The notes under the pieces: generated by a model | Database searches by the model: none | Seen by the model: only the letters and a program-made list of their open reading frames with translations | What the model was told of the DNA's origin: nothing | Assembly: GCF_009914755.1 (NCBI RefSeq) | Contig: NC_060930.1 | From: the human T2T-CHM13v2.0 reference genome, Homo sapiens | Reading direction: 5' to 3' (one strand) | DNA: 64,000 nucleotides | Position numbers and translations under genes: made by a program | Part shown: positions 14,280 through 28,889 of the stretch, piece after piece | Position numbering within the stretch: the first letter of the stretch is position 1 | How the letters are laid out: every line of letters starts with the position of its first letter

Positions 14280-15185
14280 GATTCATTCATTCATTCGATA
14301 TTGAATGTATACCCTGTGCCAGAGTCTTAGAGAGAGAACAACAAACAAAATAGGCCTAGTTCTTGTTTAGTAGAGCTTATAGTCTTTTGAGAATGACAGA
14401 CAATTAAAATCCAAATGTTTATTTGGTGATTCTTATGTGTCAGACACTTAAGTGTTGGGAGATAAGCAGTTATTAAGACAGAGTTCTTGCTCTCATGGAG
14501 GTGACATTAGTGGGGAGGAGATACTAAGTATGTCCAGGGAAAGTATCAGACCATGAGTTTTAGATTCTGTGGAGGAAATTAAAGTAGGGTGATTATGAGA
14601 TAGTGAATGAGTGGCTATTTTAGACTGGACGATCAAAGAGACCTCTTGGAAGGCAGCTATGCTCACCACTATACCACTGCACTGTGCCGCACCGTACCAC
14701 TATAAGCTGCACGGCCAAAGAGACCTCTTAAAGAAGTAACATTTAAGATAACATGTGATTGACATTTTAGAATGGGCTATCCTTGTGAGATTCAAGGAAA
14801 GAACATCCTAGGTGGAGTGAATAGCAAACATAAAGCCTCTTTTGTATGTTTGAGGAACAAAAAGGACAATGCAGCTAGAGTGTCAAGAATGGCATTTCTG
14901 TATATAAGACCTCGTTGTATAGAGCCACATAAATAAGGCTATAATAAGGAATTTGGATCTTACTTTAAATATGATAAGAATCGATGAGAAGATCTAAGCA
15001 AAGGAATGACATGATCAGATTTGGTTTTAGAAACATCACTATCTCCTTAGTGTGTAAAATCTCACCAGGCTGGAGATAGGGAAGCCAGTCCAATTAGGAG
15101 CCTGATGCAGTGATCCAGACAAAAAAATAATAGTGATTCTAACTAGAGTCCAGGTAATAGTAGTGGAGATATGTGGAGAGACATG
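14280..15185 (-). mobile_element. L2 fragments
   Basis: attcattcattcattc end motif; aggaatgacatgatcagatttggttttagaaacatcact is typical L2. Confidence 0.8.
14645..14677 (-). pseudogene. tRNA-Gly(TCC) 5'-half tailless retropseudogene inside a 68-bp TSD-flanked insert (14648-14715)
   Basis: Reverse complement reads GTGGTATAGTGGTGAGCATAGCTGCCTTCCAAG, equal to nt ~7-39 of human tRNA-Gly-TCC as I recall it. Exact 14-bp direct repeats caaagagacctctt at 14634-14647 and 14716-14729. Confidence 0.88.
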
Positions 15186-15993
15186 ATAGGTATATACTTA
15201 ATAGTCTTATCAGACGATAAATTGATATTTTCCTGGTGTGTAGTCACTTAATTCAAATACTTTTTTCAGTAAGTTCTGGGTTTTCTAGGAAAAACTTCAG
15301 TATCATCAGTGAATAATGATAGTGTTTCTTCTGATAGTTTTATTTCACTTTTATTGCATGTTTTGTTATCTGAAATGTTTAGGACAATGTTAACAATAAT
15401 GATGTTAGACATTTTTTTTTCTTATTTTAATGGGAATGTCCATAGTTTTAAGTTTGCTGTTGGGAGTTAGATAGTCTTTATCTGAAAGACAGTGTCTCTC
15501 TTTTAGTTTTTAAAGAGTTTGAATTAGAAATGGCTCTGGAACTTTAAACAGTATACCATTTGGGCATCTATTAAAGCATTCATATAATTGTTCTCATTTG
15601 ATGTTTTGATGAGGTATATTAATAGATTTTCCCACATTAAATCATCTTTGCACTCCTGGAATCAGGTAGATTAATTTTTAAAAGAAATTTTAAAGGATTT
15701 ATAGTTTATTTGCACTTTTTGTAGACTTGAATTATATGGATTTAAAAGTTGATCTAATATTAATAAAGGCTCACTTTGTTTTCAAAATTTGAAGTAATTC
15801 ACATACTTATAGCCTAAAAAAATCGGCAGGAATTACAAAATTTCAAAACTGGCACATTGTAAACTGCATATGCATTTGCCAGGTAGTGGTGCCACTTGAA
15901 ATGGTGAACAGACACACTGTTATCCTTTGTCAGTATCCTGTAAAGCCCAGGATTCTTTACCAGCACCATACAGCGATTTTGGTGACTATTTTA

Positions 15994-16206
<213 letters not shown>

Positions 16207-16498
16207 TTAAAACTTGTGTTAAGCATGTTAAAGTCTCAGTAACTTTGGGATAGAAATAAAATGTGATAAAAAGCTGAAAGAAACCACCACAAGGGAGAGT
16301 CCTTTTTGAAATATTAGAGACATAATGCTGTCTAATAAAAAACGACATCAAAGAAAAACTACACTACAGTGACTGCAGACTTAATGTTGGCCAACCATGC
16401 ATCCTCCCTAGAAATGCATTTGAATTTGATTTACTAATCTTTTATTTAGGAAATTTACATTTTTACATTAGTGAGATTGGTCTTTTGGGCTATTGTAC

Positions 16499-18330
<1,832 letters not shown>

Positions 18331-18335
18331 ATTAT

Positions 18336-18960
18336 GGTATCATTCAGGGTTTAGGATCTGTTCAGGAGAAAGAAAGCAAACCAGTAATTTGAACAAGGAA
18401 GACTCAATATGAAGATTACTGACCAGTAGTAGGGAGTTAACTACTAAGAGGGACAAAGACATCTCTAAATAATACAGGAATGGCAGATGTAGGGAGCAGC
18501 TGCTACCTGCAGACAGAGTAACCGAAGAAAGACTTGGAAGAGCCCTTTCCCGCCTCCTCAAAGGCTGAGATTCACATCTCACTGAAGAGAGTGTGGGTGG
18601 AGAAGTTTGCTGAGGTGCCAGGGTGCCAGGGAACCTCACTAGGAAGTCACTTGCTGAGGGTGCTCTTGATACTTGGAGGAAACCTGCCTCCTGGGGCGTT
18701 AGCAGAACTCCAGAGCGCCCACACCACTGGGTCTCCCATGCCTCCCCGGCAGAGGTGCCACTGGTGGCAAGGAAGCCACATGCTGACAGTGACACAGTAG
18801 GAGCAAGAAGGAAAAGCGCCAGAACCAGAAGTGAAGCCGCTTCCACTTGTTGTGTCCCTCAGTGGCTGTGCTGTTGGATCCACTGGCAAAACGGAAACGT
18901 TTCTAGGTTACAACTCCTGTATCATAAAGCAGGGTGGATTTGGAGCTGGCACAATAACCG
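18336..18960 (-). mobile_element. Ancient solo LTR, family uncertain
   Basis: Abrupt composition change; opens gtatcattcagggt...caggagaaagaaagcaaaccagtaatttgaaca like antisense old eutherian LTRs. Confidence 0.45.
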
Positions 18961-19349
18961 TTGTTTTTCAAAATCACACTCAAGCCTGTAGTTTTCTGGA
19001 CTTCTGAGTAAAGAATGAAGCAGTGGTTTGAGCCAATTTTAATTCCTTTAGCAGCTCCTTTATACTGTGGTCAGGGGACGGCTTATATATGTCTCTGGGG
19101 GATCTCCAGGGTATGCATCCTATTCATCATTATTTAAGGCTGTTTATTTCATCTGGTTGTCCCTGGTGGCCAATCTCTTGGTTTGGGTCCAAGTTTTTCA
19201 CCTCTGCCTGGCCTCTTGGGCTTGGATTATTTGTTGAAAGTGTTTCCTTGGTTCCTCATCTTTCCTGCAGTCCTACATTATTTCTTTGGGTCTCCTCTGC
19301 ACATTTGCTGCCAGAGATAAGGCCAAGGAGGGGAGTTCAGGCAATATTA

Positions 19350-19605
19350 CAGTAGGTCCCCCCTTGAGGTTTCACTTTCTGAGATTTATAATCTGTAGTC
19401 AGCATGGCCCCAAAATATTAACTCAAAAATTCCAGAAAGAAAGAAGTAATTCGTGCTTTTAAAATTACACACAGTTCTGAGTAGTGTGATGAAATCTCTC
19501 ATGGTCTCACTCCATCCTGCCCAGGAGGCGAATCATCCCATTGTCCAGTGTATCCGGGTTGTGTATACTACTGGCTCATTAGCCAGCTCTGCTATCAGAT
19601 CAGAA
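19350..19605 (+). mobile_element. MER44/Tigger7 fragment
   Basis: cagtaggtccccccttg...aaaattccagaaa...gttctgagtagtgtgatgaaatctc. Confidence 0.75.
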
Positions 19606-19608
19606 AGT

Positions 19609-20190
19609 ACAGTTACTCATCACTTGATGGGGAGGATACCTTTTGAGGAATGTGTTGGTAGGTGACTCTGTTGTTGTGGGAGCATCTTAGAGTGTACTTA
19701 ACACAAACCCAGATGATGCAGCCTGCCACACACCTAGGCCACAAATCTGTACAGCACGTTACTGTACTGAATACCGTAGGCAAGTGTAACAGTCAACTAT
19801 TTGTATACCTAACATAGGTATACATACATAAATATACCTATGTTAGGTATACAAATATATATATATATAAAGAAAATATACAGTAAAAATATGGCATAAA
19901 AGATTAAATGGTGCACCTGTATAGGGCACTTAGCATGAGTGGAGCTTGCAGGACTGGAAGTTGCCCTGGGTGAGTCAGTGAATGAGTGGTGAGTGAATGT
20001 GAAGGCTAGGACATTACACTACTGTAGACTTACAAACACTGCACACTTAGGCTACACTAAATTTGAAAAGTAAAGTAATTGTGTTACACTTTATGACAGC
20101 TATGACATCACTAGGTGATACAAATTTTTCAACTCTGCTGTAACTTCATGGGGACGTTGTCATACATGTCTATTCACTAAAACATTGAAG
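19609..20190 (+). mobile_element. Tigger3 (MER7/Golem) element
   Basis: agagtgtacttaacacaaacccagatg; ggactggaagttgccctgggtgagtcagtgaatgagtggtgagtgaatgtgaaggc. Confidence 0.8.
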
Positions 20191-20357
20191 AGAGGTTAGT
20201 AATCTCAATGGTTAATAGACTAACATTTTAAAGATAGGCTTAAATATTTCAAAAGCTTTGTCCTGTCTCAAGATTTTTTTCTTTGAAAAAAGACAATAAC
20301 TTAGTAATATATGTGTATTAAAATTACCAGTTATAAGAGACTTGTTAATGTACCATG

Positions 20358-20770
20358 TAGAGCTGTGCTGTCCCGTATGGGAGCCACTAGCCACACGTGG
20401 TTGCTGACTGCCTGAAACGTGGCTGTTGTAAAATTTGAGGTATGCTATTAAGTGTAAAATACTGGGTTTTGAAGACAATATGAAAGTAAATGTAATATAG
20501 CTCAATTTTTTTATATTGCTTACATGTTGAAATGACAGTATGGTTGACCCTTGAACAACATGGGTTTGAACTGCAGTTTAATTATACAAGGATTTTCTTT
20601 TTCCTCTGCCATCCCTAATACAGCAAGACCAGTCCCTTCCCTTCCACCTCCTCCTCGGCCCACTCAATGTGAAGATGATGCAGATGAAGACCTTCATGAT
20701 GATCCACTTCCACTTAATGAATTCTAGATATATTTTGTCTCCCTTAACGATTTTTAAAATAACATATTCT
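20358..20770 (+). mobile_element. MER3/MER33-like hAT element (20358-20536) followed by a Tigger2-like fragment (20537-20770)
   Basis: gctgtgctgtcc..atg..agccactagccacacgtgg; gttgacccttgaacaacatgggtttgaactgc. Confidence 0.7.
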
Positions 20771-21632
20771 GGCTGGTGTGGTGGCCCATGCCGGTAATCC
20801 AAGTGTTTTGGGAGCCTGTAGTGGGAAAATCACTTGAGGTCAGGAGTTTGAGACCAGCCTGGGGGTGAGGTGGAACTAGAAGGTGTGGAGAAAGTGAATC
20901 CTTGTATGCTGTTGGTGGGAGTGTAGATTAGTGCAGCCATTATGGAAAACAGTACAGAGGTTCCTAAAAAAGTAAAAGGTAAACCTACCATATGACTCAG
21001 CAATCCCTCTTCTGGGTATACACTCACAGGAAATGCAATCACTGCTTCATAAAGATATCTGGTCTCTCATGTTCATTGCAGCATTATCCACAATAGGAAA
21101 CACAGAAGCACAACTAACTGCCCATCGACAGATTCATGTGGAAACACGCACGCGCACACACACGATGTAATATTCTGCCTTAAAAAAGGAGATCCTGCCA
21201 TGTGCTGTAACATGGATGAACTTGGAGGACATTATGCTAAGTGAAATAAGGCAGACACAGAAAAATATGGCACCATCTCACATGAAATCTAAAAACAAAA
21301 AGTCTAACACATAGAGATGAAAATGGTGGTTATCAGGGATTGGGGGAGTAGGAAATGTGGAGCTCTAATTCAAAGGATGCAAAGTAGCAGCTCTGTAGGA
21401 TGGACAAGTTAGCCATCTAATGTACAATATGAGCACTATAGTTAATACTGAATTGTACTCAGGATTTTTGCTAAATGGGTAGCTTTTTGCTGCTCTTGCC
21501 ACACAAGAAGGGTAATTGTGAGATGATGGCTATGTCAAACTTGCTTCACTATAGTAGTGATTTTTACTATCTATATGTATTTCATGTATTTCATAACACG
21601 TTGTCTATGTTAAACACAAAATTTATAAAAGA
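20771..21632 (+). mobile_element. Alu left-arm fragment (20771-20862) joined to an L1MA-type 3' end (20872-21632)
   Basis: gcagccattatggaaaacagt...acatggatgaacttggaggacattatgctaagtgaaataag. Confidence 0.85.
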
Positions 21633-21808
21633 AAGGATATGTGGGAGATGGTTATTTGATTACTCCAAGGTGAGCTTCCTGCTTCCCCACAAAAATGGTC
21701 AGGTCTGTCAACTATAGTTTGGGTTTTAAAACTCTTCATCTGAGGAAGGAGAGATCAAGAAAACCTGCCCAGATGTAGGCTTTGCTTGCTTGAGAAATCT
21801 AGAAGTTA

Positions 21809-22160
21809 GTTTTTTTGTAGTGACAGGATCTCTCTGTGTTGCCCTGGTTGGTCTTGAACTCCTGGCCTCACAGGATTCTCCCGCCTCAGTCTCCCAAAGT
21901 GCTGGGATTATAGGTGTGAGCCACCACACCCTGCCTAGGCTAGAAGTTTCAAACGTCCATAGAAATTTCCAGTGTCTTCCCTCAAGCTTCTCTTAATTGG
22001 TTCTGAAAATCTGGTGGAAGAAAAAGGAGGATGGCAGCTGCCCACATTATTTTTTGTAGAGAAGGGGTTTCCTCATGTTGTCCAGGGTGGTCTTGAGCTT
22101 CTGACCTCAAGTGATCCACCGGCCTGGGCCTTCCAAAGTGATGGGATTACAGGCACCAGG
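21809..22160 (-). mobile_element. Two antisense Alu monomer fragments (21809-21937; 22049-22160)
   Basis: Each has gtag(t/a)ga..ggg...ctt(g)a.ct.ctg.cctca...ccaaagtg.tgggatta. Confidence 0.8.
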
Positions 22161-22606
22161 TCACGTTTTATTTTAGTGTTCAAGTGGCAGGGAACCGAGA
22201 GGCTTGGCGGGAGCGAGCCACCTCATCTCTGCTTGCTGAGTTAGGAGGAGCCCATGTGGATGAACAGTTACTAAATGCTTCAGGGATTACACCTTGGGAA
22301 TTGAGCCTTGGAGAACTGAGCTCCCAGGGATGGCAGGATCTTAGTGGTAAGCATGCAGATGGGACAGGCAGTAAACTAGAGGGATTTTTTTTTCCAGCTT
22401 CTTCTGTAGAAGGTGTCATTTTCTGGGGGTGAGATGGAACAAGAAGGTGGAACTAAAGAGAATCATGACATGCAGACTTGTGTGAGCCACAGACTGGGAT
22501 TTTCTAAATCACATATTTGGGGTTTTTTCCCACTATTGCTTCGATGGTAATCAATTATTAATATTTGTTCTTGTCTTTAATAAAAATCGGTTCTAAAGTG
22601 ACATGC

Positions 22607-22941
22607 TGGCTGGGCGTGGTGGGAGGCTGAAGTGGGCAGGTCACTTGAGGCGAGGAGTTCCAGATCAGCCTGGCCAACGTGGGGAAACCCTGTCTCTACT
22701 CAAAATACAAAAATTAGATGGGTGTGGTGGCACACGCCTGAAGTCCCAGCTACTCAGGAGGCTGAGGCAGGAGAATTACTTGAACCTGGGAGGCGGAGGT
22801 TGCAGTGAGCTGAGATCACTGGCAGTGCAAGACCCTGTCTTAAATAAAATAAAATAAAATAAATAAAATAAAATAAAATAAAATAAAATAAAATAAAATA
22901 AAATAAAATAAAATAAAATAAAATAAAATAAAATAAAATAA
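22607..22941 (+). mobile_element. Internally deleted Alu with (AAAAT)n tail (22842-22941)
   Basis: TSD aaagtgacatgc on both sides; tail of ~20 units, 15 uninterrupted. Confidence 0.92.
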
Positions 22942-23079
22942 AAGTGACATGCCTGTATGGTTGGTTAAGGAAGTGGTGGGACATCTCTTCCAAATTCCAC
23001 CCATCTCCTCTCTGTCCAGGCCCTCTTGGGGTGTGGTCCTAAACTCTGGAGCCAGCTGGCCCAGCCCACCGCGGCTCCA

Positions 23080-23093
23080 GTGCCATCTGGTGG
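23080..23093 (-). promoter_or_regulatory. Candidate CTCF site
   Basis: Minus strand CCACCAGATGGCAC, a full match to the core CCASYAGRKGGCRS, in non-repetitive GC-richer sequence. Confidence 0.65.
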
Positions 23094-23639
23094 TTAAACA
23101 GAGGAATGGCTTTTAACCGAGGGACCAAGAACTGGGTTAAGATTTTTTGACCTTCAAATCCGAGAAGCAGAACATGTTCATTCTCAACTGTCATCACTAT
23201 TTTTAAGCAAACTTGCTTTTTTAAAAAAAAATTTATTTTGAACTAGATGAATTCCAAAACAATACCGGGTCTTAAAAACCCTAGCAGATTATGAAACAAA
23301 AGCAATGCTTTTGCTTGATGACAAAACCATAGCAAATAAGTGCAGGGAAAAACCTAAACTAAACCAATGCTCTTTGAAAAACAGAGGTTCATTCGACCTG
23401 GGATTTAAGCCTCCCGAAAACAGACTGAGCGTGTAGGGTGGGGCTCACCGTATTTACTGCTGAAGCCTGAGCGTCCAGCCCTAGTGGGGGCTCCAGGGGT
23501 GTGGAGGAGGCAATGAGTCACCGGGACGTGACTTTAAAGTGCCACGTCTTTGGAGCTGATTACTGGGATTGTTTTGAATGCCTCCAGCAGTGCTCGGAAG
23601 ACTAACCTGTAGGCAGGGCCCGTAATGGGTTTGGAGAAA

Positions 23640-24010
23640 AGAGAGACGGAGGCAGGAAGACCGTGAGAAGTTATTGCAGGAGTCTGCGAGCAGATGATGA
23701 GAGTGGGGTAATGGAGAAGGAAGCGGGGTGTATTCAAGAGCTTTGGGGAGGCAGAGTGGAAGGTGTTGGTGCCTGGATATGTCTCTGATGGACAATGATG
23801 ATACCTCTGACAGAAGGGCATGAGAAACTGATTTTGGAGAAAAGATGAAAGGTTTGCTATTAGTAGAAATGTCAAGCAGGTGTTGGAAAATATGGATCTG
23901 GAGGTTAAGAGGGAGGTTGTTTTTGGAGACTGATCTGTACATAGAACAAACATTGTAGGTATCTCTAATTCTAATGGCTTGTGTTGAGTAATCATCTGAC
24001 ATACTAGGGA
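23640..24010 (-). mobile_element. L2 fragment (further L2 pieces ~24700-24900 and ~26290-26590)
   Basis: agtagaaatgtcaagcaggtgttggaaaatatggatctggagg. Confidence 0.7.
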
Positions 24011-25962
24011 TGAGGTTAAACCCGCCTGTTCCTTGTCTGATATGATCCTCACAAAACAGAAGTGTCAGTACTCGATTGTCTTCCTCTTATAGATGGAGAT
24101 CAAGTTTGAAAGGGCAAATTCCACCCATTTCCTTCCTACCAAAGACTAAATTAAGTAAGAGAGAGGAGGAAACAAGAAGAAAGAAACAGATGAAAAATCA
24201 ACATGGTTACTGATAAAAGCAGATAGGGCTTAGATTCATGCTAGCAGTGGCTTCCTAGAGCGCCCACCACCGTTGGGCCTCAGAGCTGCCCCTTATGGGC
24301 CAGGGTGAATTTGCAGAGTGGACTCCTTCACCCAGACTGATGCCTCATTCTGGTCTAGGACGAGAAGAAAAGGAGAAAGAGGCCTGGGACTCTTGGCTTT
24401 TGGCTGTCACCCGCCAGTCTGGTTACTCCTACGTCTCTAGGCAGGAGGCCAGGAGAGTTTAGGGAAAACCCCTCTCTTAGAAAGCAGAGGAATGGAGAAG
24501 GAGTGTTCCCCATGCCTTCCCAATACAATTCAGTAACTTGCAGAGGGCACACATGATTGCCGACGCTGCATTCAGAAGACAGACAAGATGCGATTCCTGG
24601 TTCAGAGGAACTAGGTCTGCTCCGCAGGTGGGGAGGGGAGGTCAGGTGTGGCAACATGGTGACAATATCATGTAGCAGGTTGTAAAACAGAGCTAAGAGT
24701 CATGGGCCATGGAACACAGGCGGGAGCTGCAGCCTGGACTGGGCAGGTGGTGCATGTGGGGTTGCGTTTGTTGTTCTAAAGGGCAGATGGGCTTTTACCA
24801 GCAGAAGAGGAGAGAAGCTCATTTAGGTTGAGGCATGAGTAAAGGGATGGCGATGTGAACAGCCACTGTGGGTTCCCTAGGGTGGATAGGGCAGGGAGAA
24901 GTTCAGGATTTCAGGGCTGGACTTGACGCTCATCATTCGTTTCGGCCTCATAGTATGTACAGTCTCTTGGTACGTTTGTGGAATCCCCTCCTTGCTTCCT
25001 ACCATAGAAGCTGAAAACTTGCTCTCCTCGTCTTCCTGGCAGTGAAAGCTCCCCAGTCAGGTGCTGCTGGACTTTGGCTCAGGAACCAGGGATGCACAGG
25101 AGCCCAGGCTGTGTGGAATCCACACCTTCCAGCTCAGAAGGACCCATGCATGCAGTTTCAGAGACAGCCATCACCACTGGAGGAATGTCCGGCAGAGGTG
25201 GTGGTGGTGCGAGCCTCAGGGTGTCTACCCAGTGGGCACAGGACTGATTCTGCAGGGTGTCTTTTGGACATTGTTCCGGGCAACACAGCCACCATGCCCG
25301 GTTCTCTGGGCCTGCCTGAGAGAGTGTGAGCTATCAACTCCCTTTGTGCTGAGACTGGTCAGTAGTGGTTTCTGTGGCTTGCAACCAAGAATTCCAGTGG
25401 GTAGGCCGGTAATGGATCCATATGGGGCAGTGGGGATGGACATGCAGGAGGTAGTGAAGCCAAGTGAGTGATGGGGATACCGGGCCCCCTGCTTCCTTGT
25501 GTGTGCCTAAAAGATACTGTAAGCTCTACTTCTTCCATGGAGCCTTCCTGATGTCTTCATTTCCAATCAGTTATTTCCCTAAATTTTCATTATATGAAAA
25601 TTTCATACAATGAAATAGGGCCCAAAAATTCTTTATTCTTCCATTTCTTCATAGTTGATTTGACACTCTTGACCTAATCTGGGCAAATAAAATCCTCTCT
25701 ACTGGGAATCTGGAGCTGAAAGAGAGTTCAGTTTCCCTTAATGGTGGCATGAATGTGTAAAGCCAGGAGCAGAAGAGCTGCCACGTTTCCTCATGGGGAC
25801 AGAGGAACAAAGAAAGCTGTCTCCAGAAAGGGGCAGAGATGAGACCTAGGGAGAATTCTAGTGGCTTCAGTCTTGCTTTCAGGATCTTCTTGAAAACTAG
25901 CTGCAGACCTCCCTTGGTTCCTGCGAGAGCCCCTACACATCAGCTAACTTGTGTTGGTTTCT

Positions 25963-26937
25963 TCTTTTTTGAGATGGAGTTTTGCTCTTGTTGCCCATGT
26001 TGGAGTGCAGCGGTGTGATCTAGGCTCATGGCAATGTCCACCTCCTGGGTTTGAGCCATTCTCCTGCCTCAGCCTCCCAAATAGCTGGGATTACAGGCAT
26101 GTGCCACCACACCTGGCTAATTTTGTATTTTTAGTAGAGACGGGGGTTTCACCATATTGGTCAGTCTGGTCTCGAACTCCTGACCTCAGGTGATCCACTG
26201 GCCTTGGCCTCCCAAAGTGCTGGGATTACAGGCATAAGCCACCGCACCTGGCCTCTTGTATTGGTTACTGTTACTTGGAACCAAACCATTCCAGCTAGCG
26301 CCAAAATGAAAGGCTGAAAAAAAAATGGTGGAAAACTGTACTTAGAGGACAAGGAGAGTTTCCAGCAGAGGCGTAAGGAGGAGGAGTCAGCATGGGCAAA
26401 GACTGCTGGAGGCCAGCTTACAGGTGAGCAGAGAGCAATGCAGACCTGAGCCATGGGGGCAGCAGTGGTGGTGAACAAGACGCTGACAGGTCTAAGAGGC
26501 ACTAAGGCGAGGGCAACAACTTGTGGGGAGTTAGGAACAGGCAGCATCAGGGATGACCTCCAGGTTTCTCACCTACATGGGCATCCAGGAAGATGACTGT
26601 ATATATAAATCTCCCAAAGCTAATCTCTCAGGGCTTCTGAACTACAAGTTTGTTTGTTTGTTTGTTTGTTTGTTTTAGAGAATGGATCTCCCTCTGTCAC
26701 CGAGGCTGCAGTGGCATGATCATAGCTTGCTGCAGCCTCGACCTTCCTGGGCTCAAGCAATCCTCCTTCCTCAGCCTGGGAAGTAGCTGGAACTGCAGGC
26801 GTGCACCACCACACCTGGCTAATTTTTAATTTTTTTGTAGACATGGGGTCTTGCTATATTGCCTATGTTGGTCTTGAACTCCTGGCCTCAGCCTCCCAAA
26901 GCACTGGGATTACAGGTATAAGCCACCATGCCCAGCC
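25963..26937 (-). mobile_element. Two antisense Alus: AluS 25963-26253; AluJ with (GTTT)n tail 26648-26937
   Basis: Direct recognition of Alu sequence. Confidence 0.9.
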
Positions 26938-27922
26938 CTATCCTATAAATTTGGATGGGTTCTGGAAACTTCCTGGAGATCTGCAGATTGGTAGTTGCAG
27001 CAGGTGAGTTTATAAAGCGGAGCTGAATTCCTAGAAGGAGACAGGCTTCAAGATGCTCATTTCAAGAGAAGCTAGCCTTCAGCAGGCAGGGTAGACTCGA
27101 GAGTCAGGGCTGGAAGATGTGGACACTGTGAACTTCAGGGCATCGAGGCCTGCAGCGTCACTATGGGCCATGGTGTCAGCATCATCCAGCTCTGCTGAAC
27201 GGGAATTTGCCTTTTAATGCAGGTGGTGTGCATGCACATGGAAGTTTGGGAAACACTGTTGGAGCCTCACCCAGGAGCTGCCTATACATGATGAAGGAGA
27301 AGCTTGTTTTTCTCCTGGCTGTCCTCTGCTCTCCAGATGGCTTGATTAATATTCTCCTCCCTGCAGAGGTCTTCCTGTTCTGAAGGCAGCAACTGGCCCT
27401 TCCTTCGATCACTCATGATATTAACAATTTGTCCGTTATTTGCAACCAGTGAAAAAAGCCTTCTCAAAACATGCCCTGAAACTCATGGGGCATATGTGAT
27501 AACTTACTCAAACCAACGTGATACTTATTTAATTTCCCTGCGTAGTCCACTCCAAAGAGTTTTTAAAAAGTAATTTTCTGAAATCTTTGGATAGGCCATT
27601 TGTTGCACTATAAGACTTTCTTCCCAGAGGGATTTGTGATTATAACTGAATGAGAAAGTTCTGTTATTAGAAATAATATTTTGTCCTAGAAAGCTCTAAA
27701 GGTGTTGGGTGGAAGGGGGAATGTAGAAAGGGCAGGGGAGCTGGGGTGAGGGAGGGGAGAACAAGGACTCTCGCTGTACCCACAGTTGCCATGTTTGTGC
27801 TTTGACAAAGGGTCAGAAAAAACCAAGGAAAAATCAAAGTTCAGAAAGGTTCTGGTTCTTCCAGAAGTTTGCAGTCCAATATGGTAGCCACTAGCTATGT
27901 GCAGCTATTAAAACTGGAATTT

Positions 27923-28404
<482 letters not shown>

Positions 28405-28421
28405 TTAGAACACCTGGGAAA

Positions 28422-28889
28422 GGCCAGCACGGTGGCTCACACCTGTAATCCCAGCACTTTGAGAGGCCAAGATAGGCAGATCACTTGAGCTCAGCAGTTT
28501 GAGACCAATTTGCACAACGTGAGGAAACCCCATCTCTACCAAAATTACAAAAAGTAGCCAAGTGTGGTGGTATGCGCCTATAGTCCCAGCTACTGGGGAG
28601 GTTGAGGTGGGAGGATCGCTTGAGTCTAGGAGTTTGAGAACACCCTGGGCAACATAGGGTGACCCTGTCTCTACAAATAATTAAAACATTTGCTGGGTGT
28701 GGTGGTACACACCTGTGGTCTCAGCTACTCAGGCGGCTGAGCTGGGAGGATGGCTTGAGCCCAGGATTTCAAGGTTGCAGTGAGCTTATGATTGCCACTC
28801 CAGCCTGGGCTGGAGTGAGACCCTGCCTCAAAACAAAACAAAACAAAACAAAAAAACAAAAACAAAAACAAAAACAAAACAAACAAAAA
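28422..28889 (+). mobile_element. Trimeric AluJ-like element
   Basis: Three successive monomers separated by two A-rich linkers (~28540 and ~28675). Confidence 0.85.

Noticed and set aside
14645-14715. Functional tRNA gene
   Set aside because: Only the 5' half is present; no T-arm/B box, acceptor stem or Pol III terminator.
15959-15977. REST/RE1-like cagcaccatacagcg
   Set aside because: Lacks the GG of the right half-site (GGACAG) and has the wrong spacing.
18340-18991. 168-aa ORF with a signal-peptide-like start and overlapping ORFs
   Set aside because: Lies in a probable old LTR, non-ATG start, no recognisable domain.
23481-24052. Two ~173-aa minus-strand ORFs
   Set aside because: They overlap an L2 remnant, show no recognisable protein family, and start at non-ATG codons.
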